Below, one piece after another: positions 24,421 to 37,740 of a stretch of 64,000 bases of DNA. The position numbers and the translations under genes were made by a program. The first letter of the stretch is position 1, and each line of letters begins with the position of its first letter. The stretch spans positions 6,634,001 through 6,698,000 of the forward strand of contig JBITNC010000001.1 in the NCBI GenBank assembly GCA_050084985.1, written 5' to 3'. The notes below the pieces were generated by a model, which saw only the letters and a program-made list of their open reading frames with translations, did no database searches and was not told the origin of the DNA. Origin of the DNA: Nageia nagi (taxonomy: Eukaryota > Plantae > Pinophyta).

Positions 24421-26810
24421 AATAGAACCCTTGATTGGTATTGGATGGTTGTGAGGCATAAAGGAGGCTATCAATGTAATCTTGCCCTAATTTCATGATC
24501 ATGGTGTATCTTCAGCTTATGCAACTTGCACTAGGAAATGTGAAATTTGAAAACTGTCAAAAAGGTAGATGACTTGGTATGGAAATCCTTGTGATATTCT
24601 TTGCAAATTGGTAAATATCTATTACCTTCACTTCAATCAAATTTTTGAGTTTTTCAAAAACTTATGAGTTGCTTGACTTTTATTGAGTTAATCAAAATTA
24701 GTTTTTTTTTTTCAATTTGATTCTAGGTTTTTGCTGTTGTATTTTGTTCTTTTTTTGGAGTATCGGTTGAGCTCAAGTATCACAATTATAAGGCTATATA
24801 TTACATTTGTGATGGTTAAAAGCATCTCGTATGTTTCACATGCTTTGAGGACTGGTAGACACATTGTAACTATCTCCCAATATCCACAAAACTTGTGGGT
24901 AACTTGTTGACATGTCTCTAATTAAGGATGCCTTATGGATGCTAAGGTGTTTGCATACGTGGGCATCCTTATATATCTTCTAGTAGGTCTCATTCTTCTC
25001 TTTTTTCAAGTGAGTCCACAATTTGTCACGTTTCTTAGATTTGTTATTTTTGTTGTAAGGAGGGTTATATTTATAGGTGCACCTCCCATCACCACAGTTA
25101 CATTATAGTTTGCAATCAAATTTCATACTTCTAGTTGCAAGATGCGACCCCTCCATAGAGCCCTAACCTTCGATAGGACAAAAGTTTTGGCACTATGCCT
25201 CATTTGAAGTTGTAAAATCAAGGAATGCATACTTCATATAAATGTTGACAAATGTAAAAATATTTAATACATTTTGATACACACATCCTTTGTCATACCT
25301 TAAAGTTTGTGAGGCCCCTCCTAATACTCAAACCAAAGGTGCTTGGCGTTGTAACTCTAGGATGCTATTGTTCATTTGTGATGAACTTTGAAAGAGGTCT
25401 CAAATACCACTAGATTAATCAACTCCTCCTATTTTGGGTATTGGGGGAATGATACATCCTTTTAATGTTACTATTCCCTAGGTTGTGTGTAATGATAGAT
25501 TTATGTAGTCTTATCTTCCACCAAAGGACATTTATAGGGTCTCTAAAGATCACTTTCTCTTCTGCAAGATAAGAGAAACCCATAAACCTTTGTCATCATG
25601 GGTCATATTTCACCTCTCAGCAATGGGTTAGGTAGTTGCAACAGACATGTGTTAAATCGGTTAGGGGAGTCCCTCGACACTAGTTTACACGCCTTGCTTG
25701 AAAAGTCCAACCAAGTCTCTTAACTATGAGTATTCTTTCACCTATATCATCTTTTTTGGGACAAATGAAGTTAACTGTGAATATTCTATCATTTATTGTT
25801 ATTTAGACTTTGACTTGCATCTTTATGCTATTTGCATTGGTGATTCTCACATATTTTATATCCTGCATTAACTTAATTAAGGTCTTGTTTTCCTTGATTA
25901 TAGACCCTTCCTTTGGGCTTTTGATTTTCACCCACCTATTTTTTTTCTCAACTATTATTTACACATTTTGGTTACTCAAATTCTCATCCTTCCTATCTAT
26001 TGTTTATTTAGCTATTGTTGATTACACTATTGAAATTCGTTCCTTTTATCCTTGAAATTTAAAGCGTTGCATTTTAAATTGCAGATCAAATCCCTTAGTG
26101 GATTAGTGTATAGGTAGGTTTTGGCCTTAGTTTTGCATTTATGGTTAAATCTTATATGTGGTTTGACTTTCTATATATTTTTATTTTGACTTGTTCTTGA
26201 TTTCTTTGTTGGCTTGTTCTATCTTGTCCATAGTACCTTGCATTATTGCAATTGCACCATCATGAAGTGCATGCACCATGATTCGTAGGTTTGAATTCCA
26301 GTCATCATAATGGGTAAATATTGGGCAATGTTTCTCTACCATAACTATTGACCATGGTTGGTTGGACAAATATTTAGGCAAGGGTAGAAGTGTGCATGGG
26401 CTTGGGTTTTCAATACATGTTGCCTATGTTTGAACCTTACCACAACTACTTCTTAGGGCTATTTCATGCTTAGAGGAATGTGGGACCAACAACTCCTTAT
26501 AAAGAAAAGCTTCTCTCTCTTGAATATCTGCCTTTACTTCTTCGTCAAGAACATCCAAGATAAATCTTTAGGCGAAGGTCAAAGATGAGATGTGGGCTTG
26601 GGTTCATGATATGATTATGATATGGGAACATACATCATAAATGTTATTTCTTCTCACTAAAATAGAAGGAAAAGGGGATATACTAGTGGTTGTGTACAAA
26701 TGGTTATGTCTTCTCATTGATGCATTGCCATTTTTTCTTGGTAGCTATTGCATGAAAAGTTATTCAGGAGAACAATTTTACTTACAAAAATCGATTGACA
26801 ATTCAAAACT

Positions 26811-27136
26811 TGTAAGCAAAATAATAGAATCTTGAAATAGAATTAAAAATAGAAACAATGAGAAAATAAACATTCATTGAATAACAATTGATCTTATTAA
26901 TCAAAGTAGAGTATAATGCTAGCAATCTTTGAGAAGAGATATGACACTATGCTAATGCGCCTTTTTGTTTTATTACATTCAAAATACATCTATTTATATG
27001 CAAGACTAATAGAAGGTGAAAGGTCAATTCGTAATGTCGAAAGTAGTAGTTCACCAGAAGTGAAATACGGTGGTTCACCTTTCGCGAGTTATCAAATAAA
27101 TATTAAATTATTTCTACTATTATATATTATCCTACA
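26811..27136 (-). mobile_element. Probable short solo LTR
   Basis: TGTA...TACA termini, near-TSD AAACT/CAACT, minus-strand TATAAATAG near 26990. Confidence 0.45.
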
Positions 27137-27179
27137 CAACTTTTGGTTCCATTAAATGTGCACCAAAATGAGTTTTATT

Positions 27180-29553
27180 CTAACTTGTTATTTTTAGACA
27201 ACTACATTAAATCATGGTTTTTGAGTGCATTTGGAGGGTTAACAACCATCAAACAAAGTTATGTGACCCTTCAAATGATGTTATACAATATATACTTTCT
27301 AATGCATTTTGAATGAGGTCAAAGAAAGCTAAAGTTCCCAAGTTATGCCAAGTTATGCGCCCCAACAGTTGCCCTATCCAATAAGTTAGAAAAAATCCTT
27401 GATTTGGGGAGATCCACATGGATTGAAAAGGGTGCTTAGAATCTTTAGTATGGAGTTAAGATGGAAAGAGTTGATTTGCTTCATAGTCCATGGGACCCTT
27501 TGTAGATTTTGATGGTTGACTTTGATTACTTCCTCAAAGTGGCAAGAGAAACACCATTCGGTTGTGAAAGTTAGTGACACTTTTTAAACTTTGTAGAATA
27601 ATATATTTCTCCCTTACATCTAGTTGATTATCCTATCAGTTTGATAGATATAGTCTCACCAATCTTAATTTATAAATGGTAATTCTCAATTTAGTTGGAA
27701 TGAATTTGGAGATCTACTCTTACCTACATGGGAAAGAAAATTGGATATTTTGATGGTTGACATTGATTGCTTCCTTGAAGTGACAAGAGAAACACCATTC
27801 GGTTGTGAAATTTAGTGAACCTTTTCAAACTTTGTACAAGTAATATATTTCTCCCTAAGATCTAGTTGATTATCGTATTGGTTTGATAGATATAGTCACC
27901 AATCTTAATTTATAGATGGCAAAGCTCAATGTAGTTGGAATGAATTTGGAGATCTGCTCTTACCTACATGGTAAATAAAATTGGAATAAACATAAGAAAA
28001 TGTAATAGTAGGAGGAGCAAGAGAAGCCAAAAAAAGGGGAAAGATATCTTCCTCTTACCTACATCATGGGAAATAAAATTGGAATATATAAAATAAAATG
28101 TAGTAATAGTTGGTAAACAAGGTTAGCCAAAAAAAGGAAATCCTTCCCTAAATCATGTCAAGCAAGAAAAATGCTGATTTTTTTCTGTCCAAATAAAATT
28201 TTATTCTATCATTGTAGGTTCTTGGATGTCTCTACATTGTATTTGTCTTTACAAACCATTGTCGTATGTAAAACTTAATTAATATTGTTCTGGCTAAGAA
28301 AGAAAGGTCAAGATAGAGGATATCATTGTTTGAAGATATGAAACAGTTGATATAAATATTTTGCTTTTTGTTGTGTTGTATCTATTCAATGTTTAGATAT
28401 TATCATTGTATTTTCTTTGTCAAAAACTTTGGTTATTTTCAATATTGGTTTGCAAAAGAGGCTTGTAAATCTTTGGTATTGGAAAAGGAAAGGAAATTAC
28501 AAGGAATTACATACCATGAAAAATAAGATTGCATGCTAATTAGATACTTATCTTGTTTAAGATTAAGAATACAAAGACTAGCATGAGAGGAACTTAAGAA
28601 TGATTATAGAGAAAAAAAATGAAGTTCACATTGAAGAATTTAAGAGTGTGAGCGTTGGGGGAACAATACTCAAAAGCTACATGACTAGAAGGTCAAAGAT
28701 TTAAAAAGTAAGAACAAGAGGTTGAGTCTAGAAAGGTTGTGCCATATTGACATCAAATAATTATGAGATGGAAAAATCATAGATGCATGGTGGAAAGCAT
28801 TCAAGGAAGAATAAACATATATTTTCTTCATGCCAAAGGAACAATGAACATTAATACACTTATTTCAATGAAAGAGTAATATCTACATATATAAAAATTC
28901 CAATGGGCAATGATTATTCATTCATGGAATACAAGAAGCAATGATTATGGGTACAAACTTCTCGAGTGGGCGACAACTATTGACATACATGTGACCCAAT
29001 AAGCAACAATTATGGGCAATATGCATGGTCATGTTTGATTATTTACTGGTTTTTCTTCTTGTTATTTTAAATTTTTTTTTTCTACTATCTTTTTACTACC
29101 ATTGGGCACATTTGTTTGTTTCAACTTAAAGTTGTAGAACTAGATTTCATATCTTTATGTTTTATATCCTATTGCAAGATACAAAGATAAAAATACATAT
29201 CTTTTTCAATAATGTAAGTTTCTCATTTGACATCTATCTGCATGGTTTTTGTATCCTTGGTGTAATGTATCTTCTAGTATTTTTTTCATGCTTAATTCTT
29301 GGTGAAAAGAAAATCCTTCTAATTTGGACCTTCAATATTTAACACAAAACTTTACAATTTACATTATATTGTGCTATTAACTTATTTGATATGGAATGTT
29401 GTGTTCTAAAAATGGTTTGTTTAAATGTTAAAATAGGGAAAATCCTCAATTTTTCTTATTTGCCAATTTTTTTACTGATTTTGTTGCCGATTCCCAACTA
29501 ATTCTAATCCTCAGGCCAAAATATTTTTGCTGATTCTGATTTTGGCAATGATG
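27180..29553 (+). mobile_element. Possible ancient hAT relic
   Basis: Weak transposase-like traces (KRVLRI, HTMKNKI). The end GATTCTGATTTTGGCAATGATG resembles the TIR end of the hAT at 33972. Confidence 0.3.
27507..27986. repeat. Tandem duplication of a 241-bp unit (2 copies), plus a ~96-bp partial duplication to ~28140
   Basis: TTTTGATGGTTGAC...TACCTACATGG..AAATTGGA at both 27507 and 27748. Confidence 0.9.
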
Positions 29554-29719
29554 CATTGAATCTACTTTTCTATTTCATACGAGTGACTTTTCTTTTGGTG
29601 CCTTTCTACTTATGTTTGAATAGAGATTTCATTTTGAACAAATGTTAGACAAAGTTAATGAAGTATTCTCAAGTGTTCTGGGAAATTTATGCATCTTTGA
29701 AAACTTTTACAAACTCTAG

Positions 29720-32700
29720 TGTGACGTCCCCCTTGTATTTTTAGTGGGACCAATCCGGTCATCTTGTACTATATGTATTTGTATTTACCTTGTTGTAACT
29801 CAGGATAGGAGTTTAATGGGTCATGTGGACCCACTGTGAGCCCCAAGTGGGACGTCTCCCCCCTTGAGTAACAGACTAGGTATGTGTTGCATTGGGGATA
29901 CCGGTTTGTGGGAATCCTAGGGTATGTTTATGCATTAGTGAGTTGGAAAGCTACCAGCATGCTAGTGCCACATTGGGGAGGGCCCTATACCCCCATGTTG
30001 GCTCTTGAGGACTCTAGGACCCCCACATTGGCACTTTATGTGGTCATGACCCCCACGTTGGCATATTAGATGATTATGACCCCCATGTTGGCACTTTAAG
30101 TGATTGGCCCCCCCAAATACCCAACTTTGGATTAGATGGGCCTGGGATGACTCCTAGGTGAGTTCCGGACATGAGCAATGTATAAATCATAGTTAAAAAA
30201 ATCGGAATCGAATAAGAATCATATGGTTGTTGGATTTTGATTTTTTGAAAAATCAGCAAAAAAATTGGACAAAATCGGCATGGAGAAAAAATGTATAAAT
30301 TTCTCCTATTTGATATTAAAACAAATTAGTTTTAGCTAAATCTGAATATTGCACATCAAATAGACAACATTCCATATAGAATAACACATAAAATATCCAA
30401 CATTGCATATTAAAGAAATTGTAGAGTTCGATATTACATATCGAATGTCAAGGATCAAAAACATTAAAGATTTTCAATGTGACATAACAAAATCTGAATC
30501 ACAAGATTCAAAACATTCATATAGTGACTGCTACTACAACATTGCTATGAGCTATCATCCATGTTTTGCCTTTTGCAATCTCTCTTTTGCAACCCTGGAC
30601 CTAGTTGTTATTAGAGGTTCATCATTATCAATATCATCTTCAAGATCAACTCCTCTATGTGATGGCCTTGTTGCTAATGTATCCCCTTGGGCCCTTTCTG
30701 CTTCCATTGCCACCCTTTTAGCTTCCTCTCCCACTGCAGTTGCTTGTTCTTCCATCCTTTGATACTCTTCAAAGGTGAAATCAAAATCCTGAGGCTGTAA
30801 AATCAAAATGCATTGCCCATCAAAAGCTGATAAAATATATTCAAAATCAAATTCAATAGCTAATCTATAAGTTGAAAATTGAAATCAAAATCTCTGACGA
30901 TCTAACCTCTTCTGGCACATCCTTCATCCATGAAGCCCACACATCACTTGTATCAATCTCATCCAACTCTATCACGTCATTACTTGTTCTTTCAATTTCT
31001 CTATGACGGAGGCGAAGGTTGTAATGCACAAAAACCAAATCATTCAAGCGCTCATGGGTGAGCCTATTGCGGTTCTTTGAATGAATTTGCTCAAAAGTGC
31101 TCCAATTTCGCTCACACCCAAAAGAACTAGCTGGTTGGGATAAGATTTTTATGGCCACTTTTTGGAGATTTGGCGTATTACTGTCATAATCCTCCCACCA
31201 TAGATCTAAAAAAAAAAACAACACGAAAAACAAATAAGATATGCATTTTTCAAAATGTTACTAATCGGGCAATTTACTTTAAAAGATTAAAAATGCATTT
31301 TGTTACCTGAAGCTAGAGTTGTCCTTGATTCTATACATTTTGGGGATGAGAACAAGTGGCCTTGTGCTTTCTTGTAATCTTGAAGATCTACTTTGAAATT
31401 TTTGGTCCTAATCTCCTTATCTGGCACCAAACGGTTAATAACCTTTTGGAGACCTAAAAAATTTAAATGCCCGTCAAAATCCAATATATTCAAATTCAAT
31501 AGGTTAAGTTGAAAATTTAAGTCAAAACCTTCAAAGTTGATTAATATTTACTAGTGGATACTTGGGTTAATCTCCCCATTCAATGGATCAAAATTGTCTG
31601 CATAGAAGAACTTGGGGTTCAAGTAAATTCCCGCTCCATGTAGAGGGTTATGCAATTGAGTATTCCACCTACGATCAACCATGTCCCAAATGTATTGAAA
31701 TCTTGATGCTTGATGATCGAAAAAAGTAGATATGGCCTCCTTTGCTTTATCCATTGCCTCATACACGTACCCCATGGATGGCTTCTCTAAGTTCACAAGG
31801 CGAAGCACCCTCACTAAGTGCTCTGTAATCTGCAAAGTGAATTATCAATTATACAAGTAAATTAATAACATTTTTAATGAATTAAATTTTAATCAATTTA
31901 ATATGGAATGATTTGGAATTTTGGACAGTAGAAAAGTGGAAAGGTTGAAAATTGAAATAGAATTATACCCTCAAAATCTGAAGTGCGCCCATCCAATAAT
32001 CATCATCAAAGATACAATTAACGAATTCTTGCCCTCTGGTTCACGTTCATATCTCGACTCCATTCACTTGTTGCTCACAAACATTTGTTTCAATGCAATT
32101 CGAGTATTAAAAATACTTTGCAATGTAAGAAATGATGTTGCAAATCGTGTAGTAGCTGCATGCAAAATTCATAAATTTAATTTAATGAAAAATAAAAAAA
32201 GAAGATATAAATGCAATAAATTGAAAGTTGGAAAATAATAAAAAATTGATCAAGATGTATTAGACCTTTTCCATTTGTGAAATCTTTCCTCATCAAATGG
32301 AGTACCCAAGCATGATTGTAGATATATTTGGTAATATTCTTTGCTGTTTCCACAACCTCTTTGATCCAATCTACCCTTCCAATGTCCTCAAGAAGTAAGT
32401 CAATGACATGTGCAGCACAAGGAGTCCAAAAAATGGTAGGGTATTCTTTTTCAATCCTCTCCCCTGCTTTAACGTATGTAGAAGCATTATCCGTGATAAC
32501 CTACAGTGTGCACAACATAAAATTTAAAGTTAAGTTTTAAACTTAGATGAATTAAATTTTAATTATTAAAAATTTAAATCAAAAAATGATAACATGCACA
32601 AAATAAATCGAAACGAAATAGATAGAAAATAATAAATATACCTACACAATGTTCTCAGTCTCCACCTTGATGACTATGTGTAGCTGCCCAAATAAATAAT

Positions 32701-34646
32701 CACTATTTTTTATTTCACCTGATGCATCCACTTACTTCAAGAATACCTGACCTCCTGAAGAAGCAACCAAAAAGTTCAAAGTTCTCCCTCATGTATCGGT
32801 CCAACCATCGCTAAGAATGCTGCAACTTTTTCTTCTCCAAATCTTCTTTTGCTTATCAATAACCCTCTTGCAGTCTAAAACAGCCACATCCAACATAGGA
32901 CCTCTCAAATCACTGTAAGTTGGTGCTTTGAATCCAACACCACAAGCAATAATAGCTCTAACCATGTACTCCCAATATGGCGAGTTCGCCACATTGAAGG
33001 AAAGATTAGAGTAATACCAGAAATTTGCAATTGCCTTTTTGGCTTCATCAAACTTATCCTTATTCCATGATTGATCGAGTGTGGTTTGGCCACCACAAGG
33101 TGCAAAAAAATCACACCTCATTGCACTACTAGAGCCTGCTTGATTCCTCATCTTGTTGGTGGGGGTTTGCTCTGTAGTTGCAGTTGCAGCTGTTGCATAC
33201 CACTAGCACCGCCCTCTTCAAAGAAATGGCCCTGGGTAGAACCTGCCCCTAGAAACCTTGGAGGTGGAGGTGGAGGGGGAGTTGGTGGAAACCCTCTGGC
33301 GATTTTTGATTTGGACATCTTGATCCACCTTAGGGCAAGGTCTAATATTATTCCCAGCCATTTTTGCTAAGTGAAATTTCTTTCTGTAAACACCTCCACC
33401 AATAGGTTCTCTACAAAAATTGCAAATAAGAGTGCCTATTGTTTGTCTCTGTGACATATGGCCAAGTAGCATCTGTCCTATCTTTCTTACGGCCTGGAGA
33501 ACTCATACTTGCAGCTGCAAAAACAAACAAAAAAAGAAAAAAACAAATAGCTGAAGCCTTGGAGAGAAAATGAAAAACACCCATCAAAACTCACAAAGCA
33601 TTGGAAAGTTGGAAACTTACTTGGAATCTCTTCAAATTCGTTGAAAATGGTGTTAGCTGAGCTCCTCTCAGCTCTAGAATGCAAAAATAAAATGAAATGA
33701 ATGAGCTTTTTGGTGACTTAAACCCCTCTACCTGCGCCCAAGACGACCAGACGATTTTTTATTGATTTTTTAATTAGGAATTGCGATTTTTTACAGAATC
33801 TAATTGGCCAAAAGATCAGATTTACTCACGAAAAAATTGCAATTTTTTTGTCTAAAAAATCGCAAATCGGAATTGGAAAAAATTGGATAAACACTTTTTT
33901 TGAAAAAAAATCGGATTCGATTCGAATCGGATCGTTTGTTTGGTCGATTTTGATTCGATTTTTACAACTATGGTATAAATAGACATTAGAGCTTCAGTAT
34001 TGGACAATTATTGATTATCACTACACTTACTTAGACCTTCGGGTACAAGTCTTCGCGGTGCTAAGCATTCCATTCTTAGGCGGAGCATCTAGAGGGTAGT
34101 AAGGCAGTGGGATCCTGATTATCTACGACATAGGTGGAGCACCTTGCCCATCCGGTGGTATTCCAAGGATTTACTTCTACCTTCAATGGTTCACCAGGTT
34201 TCGAGGAGGGCTCCTTCAATGGAGAGGATTCAGGATCTGAGGGAGTAAGTCTATCCTGTCATTCAGTAGTTGTTTAGTGTTGAGGGTTTTAGAGCATTGT
34301 GCCCTAGTTGGCTCCCTTGAGGCCAACGACTGCCCATTGGGCATTGGTATTGTATTACTATCATTCTCATCATTCATACACAGCCAGACGTTGGCATTGT
34401 GATGTGATGTTCATTATTATATGCTTGTAATTGCTAGACGTTGGCAAGGGTTTGATGGTTGGATCTTGCATGTTATACTTAGGCGTTGGCATTTTGGGTA
34501 TCTGAATGTTGAATGTTGATGCTCTAACCCTAATGTTGCATGCATGAGGGTTTGATTGTGTATTATGGATGCCCTAGACCCGACGTCAGGGTTTGATGAT
34601 CCCTTATTGCTAGTTTATGATTGAGTTTTAAATTTGGATCATCACG
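29720..34646 (+). mobile_element. Solo gypsy LTR copy A (~1.13 kb net), split by the hAT insertion
   Basis: Starts TGTGACGTCCCC, ends ATCACG; near-TSD TCTAG/TCTAC. Shares CCCACTGTGAGCCCCAAGTGGGA with copies B-E. Confidence 0.85.
30188..33972 (-). mobile_element. hAT DNA transposon, full length, with pseudogenised intron-containing transposase
   Basis: 8-bp TSD GTATAAAT (30180-30187, 33973-33980). TIRs CATAGTTAAAAAAATCG / CATAGTTGTAAAAATCG. AATCG subterminal repeats. BED finger CNFC..FHLA..C, ILSDGWTD, VITDNAS, WTPCAAH, TRFATSF, LHGAGIYLNP, and the dimerisation motif CERNWSTFEQIHSKNRNRL. In-frame stops present (e.g. 32789). Confidence 0.96.
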
Positions 34647-36354
34647 TCTACAATGAACACTATTAAATGTAACTAGGTGTAGACTACTAAAAATAATTGT
34701 TTGTTGCTCCTCCCAAAAAAATAAAAGAATTCACATGTGATGTGATATAATTTAAACTTAGATCCTCAAGTGATTCCACTTATCATTCATTTTTTTTAAG
34801 TTTAGTTCGAAATAAGGAAACTTTTTTTTATAGCAAAATATAAGTAATAACTCCCCATTTGATCTAGCCGCACAAGGTTTCCGTAGATGTTGGTTTACCG
34901 AGGTTAGTGAGATACTCTAGAAATTTGGTTTCTCTTTAGATATACTACACACACCTTAGGGGAGTTCGATCAGTTCTTCAGTAGATTCATTGTTAGAGAT
35001 TCGAGAAACCATCTATAGGGCCTTTATTCAGTTCTCTTGGATCTAACCCCCTTAGCGATTCACGCCCAAGTTGGTACATTACTCACAATAGTATTTGCAA
35101 ATTGATAGAGGTTTGATCCTCCAACCAGGCAATTTCGGGTTTTCTCCCATCAGTTGAGGATTGAGACGGACCACCATTTGGCATGTGACTTGCATGTTTG
35201 TCGCCTTTGCTCGTTCGAGATCTTGTTTGAGGACCACTTCATCTTCTGGTGCTTAGTCGGCTAGATCTGAGGCCGAAACCATTGCCCCTTTTGGGACTCC
35301 CATGACTTCTCTACTTTCCTGCAGTGCCTTGATTAACGCTATTTGGCTCTCTATCTCCATGAGACCTTCCTTCTACAGAATTGTCTTCTCCCTTGTAAAC
35401 AACAATTGATAGGGGATCTTGCATTACATCTTTTTTCCGAGTTTCTTCTATAGATGAGGTACATAGGTGATGACGAGACAAGCCTCCACTCTTTGTATGT
35501 CGTACCAGGAGTCGCCTTCAAGACATTTAGGCTCTATTGAGGATATGCTAGATCTCATCCTTCTTTCCCTCCAAAGACAAGGATACAGGTGTGACCCTCA
35601 CAGACCATTGAGATCTCTCTCTGGCATAGAGGAGAGATCCAAGATGAACCTCTCTTGACCAACCTTTTGTATATCTCTCCAATTTTGGGTTTGATTCTTC
35701 TTGTTCATATTCATTTGTCTTTATTCTATTTCCTTTATGCTTTTCTTAGATTGGGCTCACTAGGGCTACATTGTCTTCTGAAGCATGATTGTATCCACTA
35801 GTTCTATTGACCACTTTTGATCATCCAAGGACATTAATATACTTTCTTTCTTTCTTTATTATTCCTCAAATATCCGAAATTTAAAATTGAGCTCAAGTTA
35901 AGCCTTTTCTTAAAAAGAAATTGTGACTGTCATTTCCTGAACAAAAGGCTTATTTATGTTATACGTTCTTTGGCTTCATAAATTTAAAATTTCTTGCATA
36001 GAATATATGAGGACAACTCTGATTACTAATATACATTAATACTTTTATTTCTGGTATTCATGTTAGGTGAACTATACTTTGTAAACAAGAAAGAATTGCA
36101 TCATTTAGCTCAGGAATTTAATTTGTAATACAAGTTAAATAATTCAATATCATAAACGGGTATCATTTGAACTTGTGGTCTTGTATTACAGAGATTATCT
36201 GCTAAGCTTATCTATTGTAGGACTTTGTGTGGTCCCTGTTTACTTCCTGAATACGTGACTTTGTTCTAACTTTGTTAATTTCTATATATTTAAGAAACTT
36301 TTATTAATCACCTTGCTTCTATGCGGTATGACATGTTAATTGATTTCTTCTCAG

Positions 36355-36428
36355 AATCTGGAAAGCTCAATACTTGGGGTTCAACAGATGATCTAGGTCC
36401 AAGCTATGTGACCTCTGGAAAGCATGAG
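36355..36428 (+). CDS. TCF1: TCF1-like RCC1 protein, exon 2
   Basis: Acceptor TTCTTCTCAG|; ESGKLNTWGSTDDLGPSYVTSGKHE; donor |GTAAAT. Confidence 0.93.
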
Positions 36429-36530
36429 GTAAATTTGTGTCATTTTTTTATGCCCCTGGTTCTGGTAGACATTTCTCTGTCCATACTACTAATACATGCA
36501 TGCTGAACTTTATTGACATTTTATGAACAG

Positions 36531-36615
36531 GAGAATTCAGAACCTTTTCCACTACAAACAGATGCTGCTATTGTGCAGGCAGCTGCTGGTTGGGCACATT
36601 GTGTTTCTGTAACAG
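36531..36615 (+). CDS. TCF1: TCF1-like RCC1 protein, exon 3
   Basis: Acceptor AACAG|; ENSEPFPLQTDAAIVQAAAGWAHCVSVT; donor G|GTACAT. Confidence 0.93.
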
Positions 36616-36714
36616 GTACATTCTAGAGGTTTGCAAAATATTTCAATTAGTGGAGAGCATCATGGTTTGGGATTTCAGTATTTAGTAATTTTCTGGTTTT
36701 TTGGTTGATATTAG

Positions 36715-37287
36715 ACAGAGGAGAAGTCTTTACATGGGGTTGGAAAGAGTGTGTTCCAACTGGTAAGGCTACTGCTGATCAGGCGGCAAGCGGAGCTCCA
36801 AGTACAGAGAAAGAAATCCTGGACAGTCAGGTCAGATCATCAACAGACCAAGGTGATGATGGGTCACTTGTTAAGCCTTATTTAAATGATCGGTATGAAA
36901 GTCATGACTCTTGCCCAAGTACTTCATCAGAACTTTCACAGAAAAGCAAGAATGATACTACGCCATCAGTTACTAGAAGCAAAATTGCTGCATCCAGTTT
37001 CTTGCAAAGTGAAAGGATGGGTGGAAATTCATCAAGCAGCACAAAACAACATATGAGTCGATCTATGCCAAGGGTTTCAAGCACTGGTGGCTCAACAGGC
37101 TATGATCAAGGTGGTGATGATGGAGCAAAACGTAGACGAATAGCTACAGCTAAACAGGCTGCTTTACCTGAAAGCTCTACTGGTGGTAGTGAGGCTGTCT
37201 CAGCCCCACCATGTCTTGTTACTTTGAGACCAGGAGAGAAGATTGTGACAGTTGCTGCTGGTGGAAGGCATACATTGGCACTGTCAG
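36715..37287 (+). CDS. TCF1: TCF1-like RCC1 protein, exon 4 (Ser-rich linker, KRRR NLS-like motif)
   Basis: Acceptor TTAG|; DRGEVFTWGWKECVP...AKRRRI...IVTVAAGGRHTLALS; donor G|GTATAA. Confidence 0.9.
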
Positions 37288-37500
37288 GTATAAATAGTCT
37301 TTTAGCATTGTTGATTCAACCCTTGAAAGGTGATTTTATGTTCATTGGGAGTATCTCTTTAAGCTTTACTCAAGTGCATAGTGGTTTATGCTTCACTCCC
37401 AGCAACATGAGCGCATGGTGGTTTACATTTCACTGACAGCATATAGCAGAGGATGATATCATTACAAGCTCTGACAACAGACATTTTTCCTAACTTGCAG

Positions 37501-37740
37501 ATACGGGTCAGGTTTGGGGTTGGGGCTATGGAGGTGAGGGTCAACTAGGTTTGGGTTCTCGAATAAGAACAGTCTCCTCACCACATCCTGTGCCCTGTAT
37601 CGAAACAGCTTTGCACTGGCAAGATTTATGTCAAATGGGCCCAAAAGGAAGCAAACTATCTGAGTTGCAAACTACCAAAGCACCTGGTAATTATGTTAAA
37701 GCCATTGCATGTGGAGGACGACATAGTGCAGTGATTACAG
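37501..37740 (+). CDS. TCF1: TCF1-like RCC1 protein, exon 5
   Basis: Acceptor TTGCAG|; DTGQVWGWGYGGEGQLGLGSRIRTVSSPHPVPC...VKAIACGGRHSAVIT; donor G|GTTTGT. Confidence 0.95.

Noticed and set aside
21425-24660. AAATT(G/T)TTGAGTTTTTC near both ends of the intron-1 LINE as a TSD
   Set aside because: The second copy is ~220 bp beyond recognisable LINE sequence and is low complexity.
24950-26700. LTR-like and coding-like stretch in intron 1 (similarly 55150-56146 in intron 6)
   Set aside because: Likely TE debris, but no termini, TSD or diagnostic protein motif could be fixed.
34820-35700. Possible third copy (3' part) of the unknown ORF with an A-tail
   Set aside because: Only vague compositional similarity; no diagnostic motif.
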